Part shown: positions 1 to 12,559 of the stretch, one piece after another | Position numbering within the stretch: position 1 is the stretch's first letter | Layout: the number at the start of each line of letters is the position of its first letter | From: Candidatus Saccharimonadota bacterium | GTDB taxonomy: Bacteria > Patescibacteriota > Gracilibacteria > BD1-5 > UBA6164 | Direction: 5' to 3' | Length of the DNA stretch: 32,000 nt | Assembly: GCA_004563595.2 (NCBI GenBank) | Contig: CP042461.1 | Location: 780,001 to 812,000 of the forward strand | The notes under the pieces: model-generated | The model's database searches: none | The model's input: only the letters and a program-made list of their open reading frames with translations | What the model was told of the DNA's origin: nothing | Program-made: the position numbers and the translations under genes

Positions 1-19
1 AAAAAGGAGTTTATGGATA

Positions 20-283
20 ATGATTGATAAAACGATAAAAAAAATTCAAGAAAAAACACCAGAATTGATAGAATTAGAAGAAGTAAAAGACAGAATTACT
101 GGAATCTTATTCTGGAAAAATGCACGTTTTAAATATCTAAAAGCTAATGTGCAAGAAAAATTTTATAAAGAATGGGTAATATTAGCAGAAAAAAGTGTTA
201 AAATTGGAAATAGAAGACTAGAAATGATTGAAGCATCTCGAAAACTAACTCGAGATGAAGCTAACTATGAAGAAATAGAATAA
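20..283 (+). CDS. hypothetical small K/E-rich protein (87 aa)
   Basis: Intact ATG..TAA ORF with no internal TGA. AAGGAG at 4-9 lies 10 nt upstream of the ATG, and a hairpin terminator follows. No family recognised. Confidence 0.5.
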   Translation: MIDKTIKKIQEKTPELIELEEVKDRITGILFWKNARFKYLKANVQEKFYKEWVILAEKSVKIGNRRLEMIEASRKLTRDEANYEEIE

Positions 284-310
284 ATCATCTCAGTAGTAAG
301 TTATTTATAC

Positions 311-343
311 AAAAAAAGCCGGAAAGTAATTTTCGGCTTTTTG
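311..343. terminator. bidirectional rho-independent terminator between convergent genes
   Basis: aaaaaaAGCCGGAAAgtaatTTTCGGCTtttt: a GC-containing stem flanked by an A-tract and a T-tract, placed between the stop at 283 (+) and the ahcY stop at 360 (-). Confidence 0.6.
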
Positions 344-359
344 CTATTTTGAGTTCTTT

Positions 360-1763
<1,404 letters not shown>

Positions 1764-1782
1764 ATTTATTATAATAATGTAA

Positions 1783-2721
1783 TTAAAATTTTATATCTAT
1801 TTGGTAATTTTCTTTCATTGTTTTTTCAATCATTTCAAGATGGATTGAATGGTTTTGACCTCCATGGGATTGTACACACTCAGCTCAACAGATTGATCAA
1901 ATTTTTGCTGATGTTTCAAAGTCATATCATCACTTCAATCATATAATTAATCCTGCTCTAAAAGCATCTCATGCACCTGTTGGGTCAACAACTTTTTCAA
2001 TTTTTACAGCTTCAATGAGTGTTTCTCAGTCAGAATCGATTATCTTAGCACCTTTTCATCAGAGAGTTACGATTATTTTTTCATAATCTTTTAATAATTC
2101 TCATTCATTTTTTCAAATTTTTTGTTTGAATTCTTCAAATTCATATTCATTCACAATCAAATAATCTGCATATTTCGATGCTTGTTCTAATTCTTCCTTC
2201 CCAAAAAGAAAAATTATTTGTCCTGGGTCAAAAAATGATTTCACTCCCAATTCAGAAAGTTCTTGTATATGTTGTAGCATTGCTTCTTTTTTATTCGGTG
2301 AAACAATTCAGTAGTGAAGTTCTTCACTTACATCATTTACTGAAACAGTATCTGCCATATCCATTGCTCATGGATAGAAAGCATTTATTTGTTTTGATTT
2401 TGGATCAGAAATAATGTAACATGAAGCTGAAAGAAGCTCTGTACTTATATGAAGATAGTTTAAATTAATTTTTTCTTTCATGAATCAATCAAAAATAAAA
2501 TCATCTCAAGCAGCTCCTAAAAGTATTGATTTTTCTCATAACATAGCAAAGTTATAAGCTATATTTAATCATGTTCATCACATTTCTTTTTTTAATTTAT
2601 GTATAAAAAAAGAGACACTAAGATTATCTAAATTATCTTTGTTGATAGAATTACTAAAATCATCTCCATGATCCATTATAAAATCATACGCAATTGATCA
2701 ACTCACAAGTATTCCTGACAT
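1783..2721 (-). CDS. PfkB/ribokinase-family kinase, adenosine-kinase-like (312 aa)
   Basis: Read through TGA: [18 protein letters not shown]..., [15 protein letters not shown], and the PfkB signature [19 protein letters not shown] near the C-terminus. It ends 19 nt upstream of the ahcY start on the same strand. Confidence 0.85.
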
Positions 2722-2802
2722 ATTTATCTAACTATAATTAAATATTAAGCCCAAATATAATATGAAAATATGGCTAAATGCAACTTTTTCCTCAAAAAGC
2801 TA

Positions 2803-2830
2803 TTGTGAAAAATCAAAAATAAAGTATAAA
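2803..2830 (+). promoter_or_regulatory. candidate sigma70-type promoter (TTGTGA-16 nt-TATAAA)
   Basis: ttgtga (2803-2808), a 16-nt spacer, then tataaa (2825-2830), about 27 nt upstream of the ATG at 2857. The AT-rich background makes chance matches likely. Confidence 0.3.
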
Positions 2831-2856
2831 TGAAAGATATTTCTTATACTAAAATT

Positions 2857-3540
2857 ATGGCACTAGAAACGTACACTCTCTCTCAGAAAAAAAAGCTCAC
2901 AAATGATGTTTATGAACTTATTTTTACGTCCGAAAAAGATTTCAATTTTGTATCAGGGCAATTTATTACTTTTATATTAAGTAGTATTTGATGAAGAGCG
3001 TATTCAATATTAAATATTCATTGAAAAGAAATCACACTGATAATAAAAAGACGGGATACCAATAATTGAGGAAGGTGATGAAGCATATACATATGTGATA
3101 AAACGATCTGAGAGACACTTATGTGAGTATGACCTGCATGAAGATTTGTGCTTCAACAAAATAATAAAAATAAACTATTCCTTTGAACATGAACTTGATT
3201 TGTTCCTCTTTACAATCAAATAATATGAGCACTCGAACTGCAACAAAAGTGTACTCTCAGACTTATTTTTTGAGTGAGAAATACTGAAGATCTCTTCTAC
3301 ATTAATCAATTAAAACAACTTGAAAAACTTCATAAGAATTTTCATTTTGATGTATACGTGAGTAGAGATCATCTCACGAAATACAATCATTGATATATCA
3401 CTGAATTTCTCACTCTTGATAATATAGAGGAATACGAAGAGTTTTATATATGCTGAGCACCATGAATGATTGATGCCTCAGTGGCTATATTAAAAGATAA
3501 AAACATTGAGGAAGAGAATATATTTACAGAGAAGTATTAA
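2857..3540 (+). CDS. FNR-like FAD/NAD(P)-binding oxidoreductase (227 aa)
   Basis: FNR-family motif order: FAD-binding GGRAYSI, then GVGPAGRF, NAD(P)-binding LFLGTGTGFVPL, and C-terminal FYICGAPGMI. There are many Gly-TGA codons. An alternative in-frame ATG at 2830 would overlap the putative -10 box. Confidence 0.75.
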
Positions 3541-3549
3541 TTATCTACT

Positions 3550-4161
3550 CTATAATACTAATTCTAAAACTTGTACAATATTATCATTTATTCATAAATT
3601 ATCAGTATCTTTTCAGATTATGCCTTTTAATACAACTGTTTTTTCAATTAAATTATTTTTTCATAATATAGATAAAACCTCATGTGATTCTGTATCAACA
3701 ATATCTATTCCTTCTTCTTCTAAAATATCTTCAACATTTTTCTTATCATTTGTGCTCAAACAAAGTCCATTTAAAACAAGTCCAAATTTATGTAAGTCGT
3801 AACTTTCTCATATAGCGTATTCTAAAAAGATTGATTTTCCATTTTCAATACTATCAATAAAAGTATTTGGTAAAATAACATCTCAAATATTTAATTCAAA
3901 ATCTATAACAGCTTCTGCATATCATAGGGCAAGAACTTTCTCTACATCATAGTTATCTAAAACGTCAGTGATTCATAATTCAATACTTTTATTATCACAA
4001 TAGAGTAAAACAATATCCTCTGATTCATCAGTGATTATATTTGTTCAGGTATAAATTTCAAAACCACCAGACTCTCAGTCTACTTTTGATAATTGAAACC
4101 TTGTTAGTACTTGTGTAAAAATGGTTTTTTGCGTTGTTATGATGAGTTTATTTATTTTCAT
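3550..4161 (-). CDS. hypothetical protein (203 aa)
   Basis: Open ATG..TAG frame under table 25 (MKINKLIITTQKTIF...VQVLELVL) with about 10 in-frame TGA codons. No motif recognised. Confidence 0.55.
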
Positions 4162-4298
4162 GATTTCTTTTTATTACTTTAATAATTATCCTTTTGAGGA
4201 TACTATAATTTTTCTCTTAAAAAGCAAGAAAATACTTTACAAAAAATAAATAATATATACATTAAAACTATATAAAATATTTTGTAATAAAATCAACT

Positions 4299-5363
4299 GT
4301 GGACAACAATATTATCCCTTTATTTTCATTTTGAATTGCAACATTTGTAGTATGATTTATCATGATCCCATTCTTTATAGATTTACTTATAAAGTTTAAG
4401 ATGTGAAAACAGATCCGTAGCGAAGCAACAATAGGAAAAGCTACTGAATTTGAAAAACTTCATAAGAAAAAGAAATGAACTCCTACTATGGGTTGATTCA
4501 TTATCATATTCATTGTGTTCTTAATGGTAATAGCAAGTATAATATTACAAGAGCTTGGCTTCATACGTAATTCTCTCCTCAATCAAAGAGAAACATACCT
4601 TTCTCTGTTTACTCTATTATCAGTATGAGGTTTAGGGCTTATTGATGATTATTTAAATATAAAGTGAGTCTGAAAAACCAAGTGACTCTCCGCAAGAGTA
4701 AAAATGTTCTGACTCATACTCTTTGCTACACTATGAGCATTTTGGTTTTATTATAAACTTTGATGGAATGTTGTAGATTGAATGTGAAACTATGTAAGAA
4801 CTTTAAATAATCCATTTTGAGATAATATATCAATCGGGTTATATTTTATTCCTCTTTTTATATTTATAATTATTGCAACATCTAATAGTGTAAATCTCAC
4901 AGATGGCCTTGATGGACTTGCATGATGATTACTTCTCTTTAGTTACTCTGTGTATGCGTATATCACGTATGATCAATGATTATTTCTTCTCTCAACACTC
5001 TGTATAAGTATCATCTGAGCTTTAGCAGCATTCTTATGGTTCAATGTAAAACCTGCCAAATTTTATATGTGAGATGTTTGAAGTCTCGCCCTATGAGCAA
5101 ACCTTTGAATTATGGCAATGATTACAAATACAGTATTTATATTAATCATAATATGAGCTATATTCATACTTGAAACTCTTTCAGTTATCATACAACTCAT
5201 CAGTAAAAAATTCAGAAACTGAAAAAAAATATTCAGAATTGCTCCATATCATCACCATTTAGAAGCAATTTGATGGTCTGAAGAAAATGTAGTTTTTAGA
5301 CTTTGGTTAATTGGAATGCTCTTTTCAGTTATCTGAATAATATTTTATATAATTCAAGGATAG
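4299..5363 (+). CDS. mraY: phospho-N-acetylmuramoyl-pentapeptide transferase (354 aa)
   Basis: MraY motifs are present: [53 protein letters not shown] and [16 protein letters not shown]. The start is taken as GTG 4299, the first start codon after the in-frame TAA at 4263. ATG 4362 would remove the first TM helix, so the start is uncertain. Confidence 0.9.
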
Positions 5364-5366
5364 TAT

Positions 5367-5912
5367 ATGGATATTTGGATATGAAATAGTTCTGAGCTAG
5401 ATACAAACCTAGTATCTCAAATTGAAGAAATGTCTCCATGGTCTTGTTTACAAGAATGAAAAATACTTGACTCTGATGCTCCTAATATATGGACTCGTTT
5501 TTTTAATGAGAATTTTGTTAGTATTATGACTGACCAAAAATCTAACTTAATCTCATGTTGATCATTTGGAAATAACTGAGAATTAGCAGAAGCAATAATT
5601 ACATCAACAAACTCGCAAGTTGAAGATGCTATGGTAGGAATGTTTTTATTTACTCATAACGACTTTCAAAATAAGGGTCATGCTGAAACAGTGAAAACAG
5701 CCCAGAAAACTTTCTTAAAAACAGAGCATACCTCTATCAAATCTCTCATCTGATGATGTGAAACACAAGAACAACTCAACCTTTACAAAAAATATTGAGC
5801 CAAAGAAATACAATTAGATAATCAACCTAACCCGATAATAACTCAGCAAGGAATTGATAACTGGATTTTTTACTCTTACTTAATGAATGAAATATGTGAT
5901 TTAAAATGATAA
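5367..5912 (+). CDS. hypothetical protein (181 aa)
   Basis: The ATG lies 3 nt after the mraY stop. The frame is open under table 25 (MDIWIGNSSELDTN...NEICDLKG) and uses both TGG (Trp) and TGA (Gly). No family recognised. Confidence 0.55.
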
Positions 5913-6205
5913 ATGAAACTTTTTGCTGTGGAAACTGTGGAAAGGAAATAGAAATACATCCAGAATGATCAGCTAGAAATCATTGTCCTTATTGTTTATA
6001 TTCAAAGCATCTTGATAAAGATTTTCCAGGAGATAGGAAATCTGATTGTGAATGATTAATGAGTCCTGTTGATATTGATTACAAAAAAAACAAATGAAAT
6101 ATGATCAAGCATAGATGTATGAAGTGCTGAAAAGAAATCCTCAATAAAGTTGCTCCTGATGATGAGTTCTTAGAATTCGTTAAAAAAAGAAACAAAACTG
6201 TATAG
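5906..6205 (+). CDS. RNHCP-domain zinc-ribbon protein (99 aa)
   Basis: MINETFCCGNCGKEIEIHPEGSARNHCPYCLYSKH...HRCMKCGKEI contains the literal RNHCP motif plus CxxC pairs. The start overlaps the upstream gene by 7 nt. Confidence 0.75.
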
Positions 6206-6221
6206 TTTTGTTTCTTTTTTT
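6182..6221. terminator. bidirectional rho-independent terminator
   Basis: aaaaaaAGAAACAAAACtgtataGTTTTGTTTCTttttttt: an 11-bp stem with an A-tract and a T-tract, placed between convergent stops at 6205 (+) and 6220 (-). Confidence 0.6.
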
Positions 6222-6885
6222 AATCTAAGATTTCAAGAGCTTTCTTACTTACAATATATGCATTTGGAGCAATATTTTTTGTATCGGGTAAGTCATCAAT
6301 TACATACCAGTTTCAAGCAATAGTGTTTTCATCTCAAGTAGCTGACAAAATTCATTCATATTTTTTTACTATGAAATGCATCAGACACACTAACTTATAA
6401 TATACCTCTCCGTCTTCTTTATTTTCTATTAATGCCCAATCTACAAGGGGTTTTTCATTGTATTCTTCGATAATTGTAACTCAAGTTCTATTTTTTGTCC
6501 TTATTCTTGCATTAGCTCTTACTTTTTCAAGATCGAACTTAAATGCTCAACTTTCTTGTATGATAACTTCTTTGTTTTCATCCTCTAGAGGACTTCATCA
6601 TGTAAATTGATGCTGTACTTTTCAATTTTTGTCAGTTGTAACTAAAAAAACCTCTTTTTTTGTATTATCTATGAAAACATGTCCGGAGGAATATACTCTG
6701 ACTACTTCTTTTCAATTATAAGTTTCTTTATTTATAACTTTTTCAAGCATTATTTCTGAAATATTTCAAGTCAGGTCCTTAAATCAGGCTTTACTCATTC
6801 ATTCATCAGTTTTTCTGACAGTGCAAAAGTTTATTCATTCACAAAATTCTCACTCTGGTGCTTTTGGTAGGTATGATTTTTCCAT
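6220..6885 (-). CDS. hypothetical protein (221 aa), last gene of the SUKH-MazG operon
   Basis: Open ATG..TAA frame under table 25 (MEKSYLPKAPEGEFCEG...SKKALEILD). A weak Nudix-like stretch FTGGSPLEDEN is present, but the catalytic REUxEE part is missing, so no family is called. Confidence 0.6.
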
Positions 6886-6912
6886 TATTTTTATTAATAT
6901 CTAATATAATAT

Positions 6913-7248
6913 TTATTTTAATTTTTCATTATTTTTATGCCTCTGACTATCTCGCTTTGTTTTTTTTTCAAGATTTTTTTGTAAAGCACTTGTTAAATCT
7001 ACTCATGTTTGGTTTGCAATACAGATAAGTACAAACAATACATCTGCTAACTCATCTCAGAGATCACCTTTTTCATCTGATTTTTTAAAGCTTTGCTCTC
7101 AATATGTCCTTGTAATTATGCGAGCTACTTCACCAACCTCTTCTATGAGCTGTCAAAGATTTGTAAGCTCAGAAAAATAACGGACTCAAATAGTCTTAAT
7201 CCAGTTATCAACGATTTCTTGTGACTCTTTGATTGTAAGTTCGTTCAT
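6913..7248 (-). CDS. MazG-like nucleoside triphosphate pyrophosphohydrolase (111 aa)
   Basis: Small all-alpha MazG/YpjD pattern: WIKTIGVRYFSELTNLGQLIEEVGEVARII...DLGDELADVLFVLICIANQTGVDL, carrying the EExGE and ExxD metal-ligand motifs. Confidence 0.75.
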
Positions 7249-7279
7249 TTTTTCACCTCATCTAAAAAATAATATTTAA

Positions 7280-7684
7280 TTAGCTCAGTTCACCTAAAAA
7301 TTCTTCTAATGAATCAGCCCGTTTACTAAGCCCTGCAGAGTGACTCCACATATAAACTGGGTAACTTTCTTCATCTTGTTTCACAGCAAAAAACTCTTCA
7401 GAATCAGAGCGAGAAGCATCCATCAATATTTCTTCCTGTTCATCATTAGTAGTAGAATATACTGCTAATGGAATATATCCCTCTGGCCAACCTTTAGATC
7501 AGATCCAGTCCATGAAATGAGGACCATTCAAGATTTGTGGAGCAATCACTTTTACAGCAGAAAAATCGAGTCATATTTGCAAAAAACTATCTTTATGAAT
7601 TTTTCCAGAATATTCCTCAGTTTTACATTCTACTAGTTTTTCCAATAACTCATTGTCTGCTTTCATATTAATTGTAATTCCCAT
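7280..7684 (-). CDS. SMI1/KNR4 (SUKH-1)-like protein (134 aa)
   Basis: SUKH-like pattern: ...GWPEGYIPLAVYSTTNDEQEEILMDASRSDSEEFFAVKQDEESYPVYMWSHSAGLSKRADSLEEFLGEL. This has the IP-A motif, an acidic loop, a late aromatic-W-H segment and a terminal F-EFL. The call rests on pattern only. Confidence 0.55.
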
Positions 7685-7785
7685 TTTATTAATTGATTAG
7701 TGAATAAACCATTCGTAAAAATTTTATTGCTTTCCTTGTTAAAGTCAATAGAGTCATACTAATAAACTTTTAAAAAGCATAAAAA

Positions 7786-8721
7786 ATGCAAAATATAGAA
7801 ATTTTTCTTACTCAATATATCAAACCAGATGAAAAAATAATACTTGGCTGTTCAGCATGACCAGACTCTATGTTTTTGTTATATAAAATTCTTGAAACAA
7901 AGTATGCTAAAAATCTAATAGTATGTTACTTTAATCATAAAACAAGGCCAGAGACTGACGAGGAAGAAATATTTATTGCAAAGCTCTGAAAAAAAGAATG
8001 ATTTACTGTTGAGGTTGCTGAATGTGATTTTGAAAAAATTAAAAAGCTCTATCCAAGTAAAAGTTTTGAAGAGCTTGCACGTGAAAAAAGATATGCGTTT
8101 TTTGATGCTATTTCACATATACATAATACAAGATATGTCCTCACAGCTCATCACCTAGATGATAAAATAGAAACTTTTTTCTTTAACCTTGCAAGGTGAT
8201 CAAAACTTACAGGTCTCATTAATATGACTGAGTCTTCATGATCTATATTAAGGCCTCTTTTATGAATTACAAAAAAAGAGATTCTAGATTATTTAGATTC
8301 AAATAATTTAGAATACAAAGTTGATAGTAGTAATGCTGAAATTGAATATACTAGAAATTATATTAGACATGAAATAATCCCTAAATTCTCAGAAGTTAAT
8401 TCGAATTATAAAAATAACATTTCTAAAACTCTCAGTTATTTTGAAGAGTTAAAAAATAGTATAGATGAAGAAGTTAAAAAATTTTTGCTATTGTCAAAAT
8501 GAAATATATTTAGTATAAAAGAATTCAACTCTCTCCCCTCTTTTATGCAAAAAGAAGTGATTAGATATATTTATTATATTTCGAATAATAAATCTACTAT
8601 TTGACTCAGTGAAGCAAATATAGCTGAGGTAATTAGATTTATAAACTGAAAAAATAATAAAACTATCAAAGAAATACAGTGATTAAAAATGGAAAAAGAT
8701 AATCTCATTATCAGATATTAA
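7786..8721 (+). CDS. tilS: tRNA(Ile)-lysidine synthetase (311 aa)
   Basis: N-terminal PP-loop ILGCSAGPDSMFLLY (SGGxDS type), followed by LTAHHLDDKIETFFFNLARGS and LRPLLGITKKEILDYL. No internal TAA/TAG was found when read codon by codon. Confidence 0.85.
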
Positions 8722-8752
8722 AAAAGATATATTTTAAAATATATCTTTTTTA
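8720..8752. terminator. weak AT-only bidirectional hairpin
   Basis: aaaaAGATATATtttaaaATATATCTtttttt lies between the tilS stop (8721) and the convergent stop at 8754. The stem has almost no GC. Confidence 0.4.
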
Positions 8753-8753
8753 A

Positions 8754-9035
8754 TTATTCATTATTTTCAGTAGTATCTGTAACCCTATTTTCATACAATC
8801 AGGCAGGAATCTCTCACTCAGTTTGTAAGTGATGAATATGTGCTGCAAAATCTGATGTTATTTCAGTAAACACCTCTGGTATTTGTTCTCTTTCTCAATT
8901 AGTCAATTCAAGATCGATTCAATCTTGATTGTTATTTGATTGATCATCAGGTGATAATATTTTACTAGCAGGATCTACATTTTTTCATTGACTATTTTCT
9001 CTCGTTGGAGCTCCTGGAATATTCACTATTTTCAT
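8754..9035 (-). CDS. hypothetical small acidic protein (93 aa)
   Basis: Open ATG..TAA frame under table 25 (MKIVNIPGAPTRENSQG...TDTTENNE). No motif recognised. Confidence 0.45.
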
Positions 9036-9095
9036 AACATAACTTTAAAAAATAATATTCACTATATTAACACAGATTAATTTATATGTAAAACA

Positions 9096-10565
9096 TTATC
9101 AGGCTTTTTTATCATCTAAAACTGAGATGAGTTGATTTAAATATTTTTTTGATAAATCAGCTTCAATTGATTTCATTGTTTTAGGTCCAAAAACTCAGGC
9201 TCCCATATCATCAGTGTGTTGTATAATTTCTTTATCTAATTGATAGTCAATTAGACTTGTTTTTGTAATGTCTCAAAATATTGCTGTATCTTTATTATCA
9301 AAATATCATAATTCTTTTAATGTTTTTTGTAACTCTCTTACTCCAGGTGATACTTCTCCAAATTTTGGAGATCAAAGAGATACTAATTTATCTTTTGCTT
9401 TTTTCTCTGAGAGATCCTCTAGTTCTTTAAATTTCTTTTCCAATTCTTGTTTTCTTTCCTCTTCCTCAAATTTCTTTTTTTCAATTTCTAAATAATTACC
9501 ATATTTCTTCTGTAAAACAGCTCTCGTTTTTGGTCCGTAACTTCATGCTCCTGGAGTATACTCACTTACTACAATCCCTTCTGAAATTTGGAAATCATAT
9601 ATCGTACTTACAAGATCTTTATAATTTCATGTAAGTTTTCATTCATATATTCATAATTTTATTAAAACTTCTTGTAAAAGTTTAATATCTTCTTTTTTTG
9701 TAACGTTTCACTGTAATATATTTTTATATTTATCAGTATTTTCTAATACTGTTCATTTATCATGATTCTTATTTTCTACAAATTTATCTCACTCTACTAT
9801 GTCATATTCTCAATTTAAATACTTTTTTAGAAATAATGCTCTTGTGTTCCCTCCCCAATAACCAGCTCAATTGTAGGTTCATTTTTTAATGAGTTTGTTT
9901 TCTATTTGAAAATCATAAATAAAATCAATTAAATCCGAACTATATATTCCGTTCATTTCACCAGTATATACTCAAATAGATATAAGGAATTTTTTCAAAT
10001 TATTTACCAGTTTTTGATCACTATCTTTCCCTATTCATGTATTAAATATATTTGGGATTTTTTTAAAATTTTTAGTTACCCATGTAGGAGCAGATATATT
10101 ATTATAATCAAGCGTTGTTTGTGTATTTTGTTTTACTATATTTCATTTCACAGTCCTTTTTCCCCAATATAATGCTCTTCTTAATCCTTCATCTCCATAC
10201 CCTACCCAAACATCTATCCTATCATAACTATAGCCTCTATTTCAAGCATTTACAATCGCTCATCACCTATCCTCTATTACTCATACTCATAATCACTCTA
10301 AATGAATCTTCGTTCAAAATTTATAATTTTTTGGTCAAGCAAGCATTCATGAAAAAACTTTTTTTCATGATGCTCATGCAATTCATTTTCAATTAAGCCT
10401 CATCTCACTTTTATAATCTCAAGTCAGGTAATAGTTTTGATCTGGAAGAGGAGAATAATATGCAGTTACAACAAAATATCCAGCATTACTATTAGAAAAA
10501 GCTGTATATGGGTACAAAAAAGATACCATTGAAACGGATAATATAAAGGCTAAGATTTTCCTCAT
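9096..10565 (-). CDS. secreted 3D-domain (MltA/RlpA-like fold) protein with three peptidoglycan-binding repeats and a charged coiled-coil linker (489 aa)
   Basis: Signal peptide MRKILAFILSVSMVSFLYPYTAFS. The 3D domain reads YFVVTAYYSPLPDQ...GKGIAGASGKKVF...GVIEDRGGAIVNAGNRGYSYDRIDVWVGYGDEGLRRALYWGKR. PG_binding_1-like repeats follow (GVYTGEMNGIYSSDLIDFIYDFQ; GIYEGKLTGNYKDLVSTIYDFQ; GYFDNKDTAIFGDITKTSLIDYQ), with an E/K-rich stretch between repeats 2 and 3. Confidence 0.8.
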
Positions 10566-10610
10566 AAATATTTTCTTAAAGGTATTAATATATGAGTAAT
10601 TTTAGCATAT

Positions 10611-10645
10611 AAAAAGCTTATCTGACAAATATCGATAAGCTTTTT
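10611..10645. terminator. hairpin terminator between the two 3D-domain genes
   Basis: aaaAAGCTTATCtgacaaatatcGATAAGCTTttt: a 9-bp stem with flanking A/T tracts, lying downstream of the stop at 10682 (-). Confidence 0.55.
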
Positions 10646-10681
10646 ATATTATTTTTAATTGACGACTTTAAAATTAGTATT

Positions 10682-11935
10682 TTAAAGTATTAATTTTAAA
10701 AATTTTAGTTGTTGTTTTTTCTTTTTAGATCCAGATTTATCAATGACTTTTTCCAATTTTTTCCTGAAAGAAGATTTGATTTTATATTTCTTTAAATTAT
10801 TTCATCCTGATAGAGTATCAATATATGAAAGTATTTTATATTTCACTTTTTTTAACTTGAGTATTTCCCTTCTTGTAAGTTTTGTATAATCCTTTAAATA
10901 TTCAACCTCTGCAAATATTCAAGATCAAAACTGAGTATGCAAAGTATCTAATGTTTTCACTCAAAAATATCATGCTTCTTCACTTATCCTACTTTCTATG
11001 ATATGGTTTTTTATCTGAAAATCTATGAGTTCATCTTTTATACTGTTATAATCTCCATCAATATCTTTATTATACAGTTTAATTTCAGTAAATAAGGATT
11101 GTAATTTTTTAATATCATCCTTTTTACTCTCAGCATTTACTCTCAATTTATTATATTTTGTAACTGGTGACTCATCAAATCCTACAGTAGGTAATTGCTC
11201 ATCTTCAACTATTCTTCATTTCACTTTTCTTTTTCACCATTTCAAAGCTCTTCTGAGTCATTCATCTCAATATCACATCCATATATCGATTCTATCATGC
11301 TCAAATCATCTCTCTCAAGCATTTACAATTGCTCACCCTCTATCTTCAACACTTCATATTCAAATTCATTCTAGTTCAATTTTAGTCCCATACTTATAAT
11401 TTCTTGGGGCTGCGAAAAGTCCCACGAAAACAGGTTTTCATGAAGCAGTAATTTTTCAATTTCAATTCAACCTTTTATCTCAGGCGTATGTTCAAGTAGT
11501 ATATCTTTTTTGTCATGGAAGCGGTGAATAATATGCAGTTACATAAAAGTATCTCTCATTACTTTCAGGCTCATCAACTTTCAAGGTGTTCAAATTATCC
11601 TTAAATCTATCTCAAAATTCTTTTTCAAGAGCAGTAAGGGTTTTCTTTCAAAAAAATCATGCTCACCAATCATCGCTATATTTTACTATTCATGCTGTCA
11701 TTTGATAATCAATGAGAGATTTTTCTATACTTGAATATTTTCCATCAATATTTCAATTATATAAATCTAAACTTTTAAAGAATATTTGAAGTTTTGTTAT
11801 TTTTACGATATTAGACTCCGCAGATATATTTGATTCTATACCAGAAAAAGAACTAGATGCCGAGACACCTAGAACTCCAAAAAAGAAAAATATGATTGAT
11901 ACGAGTATAAGAACTATACTCTGGAATGGTTTCAT
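10682..11935 (-). CDS. secreted/anchored 3D-domain protein, paralog with permuted domain order (417 aa)
   Basis: Hydrophobic N-terminus MKPFQSIVLILVSIIFFFFGVLGVSA. A PG-binding repeat comes first (LYNGNIDGKYSSIEKSLIDYQ...GFFGKKT). The 3D domain follows: YFYVTAYYSPLPGQ...GNGKITASGKPVF...GSVEDRGGAIVNAGERGFEHDRIDIWMGYGDEGLRRALKWGKR. A second PG-binding repeat and a K-rich tail complete it. The track ORF 11753..11935 is only the N-terminal fragment. Confidence 0.8.
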
Positions 11936-11998
11936 AATATTATTTACGAATAATGATTGCGAAACAATTATATGAAAATATTGAATAAAGCAAGTTTA

Positions 11999-12559
11999 TT
12001 AATTTCACGCTCAAACAACTACTTTTGCATGTCTTAAAACTTTATCATTTAATAAGTATCATTTTTCAAATTCATCAAAAACAATTCCCTCTGTTTGTCA
12101 TGGGACAGTAGTCATAACATCATGTTTTTCGGGATTTACATTTTCTCATTTTGAAGTAAATGAAGTTACTCACATAGATTCAAGATCTTTTATAAGCTTT
12201 GTTTGCATTGATGCTACTCATTCATACAGTGCTCCAGTCTTCATCTCATCTGGAGTATTATGAATCATTCTATCCATATCATCTAACCTTGGCAAAATCT
12301 TTTTAAGAATATCTGATTTTAAAAAAAAGATCATGTCATTTTTATCTCTCTGAGTTCTTTTTTTAAAATTATCAAAATCTGCTTGAGTTCTTGCTAATAT
12401 ATCTTGTAAGCTTCCTGACTCAGGTTCTCACCCATTTTGTGCATCTTGAAGCTTTTCTTCATCTATTCCCCCTTCTTCATTTTCAATTTCATCAATTTCT
12501 TGTTCCATTTCTTCTACTATATCTTGTTCTTCTATATCTTGTTTATCGTGGTTTGTCAT
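11999..12559 (-). CDS. grpE: nucleotide exchange factor GrpE (186 aa)
   Basis: Acidic N-terminus, then ARTQADFDNFKKRTQRDKND...ILPRLDDMDR...GENVNPEKHDVMTTVP...GYLLNDKVLRHAKVVV, which is the typical GrpE layout. Confidence 0.85.

Noticed and set aside
2722-2829. SAH riboswitch upstream of the PfkB-ahcY operon
   Set aside because: The spacer is about 108 nt of nearly pure A/T, with none of the GC-rich pseudoknot-forming segments of SAH riboswitches.
6220-6885. Calling the 221-aa protein a Nudix hydrolase
   Set aside because: Only the first part of the Nudix box (GG-x3-EDE) is recognisable. The REUxEE catalytic helix cannot be aligned by eye, so the protein is left as hypothetical.
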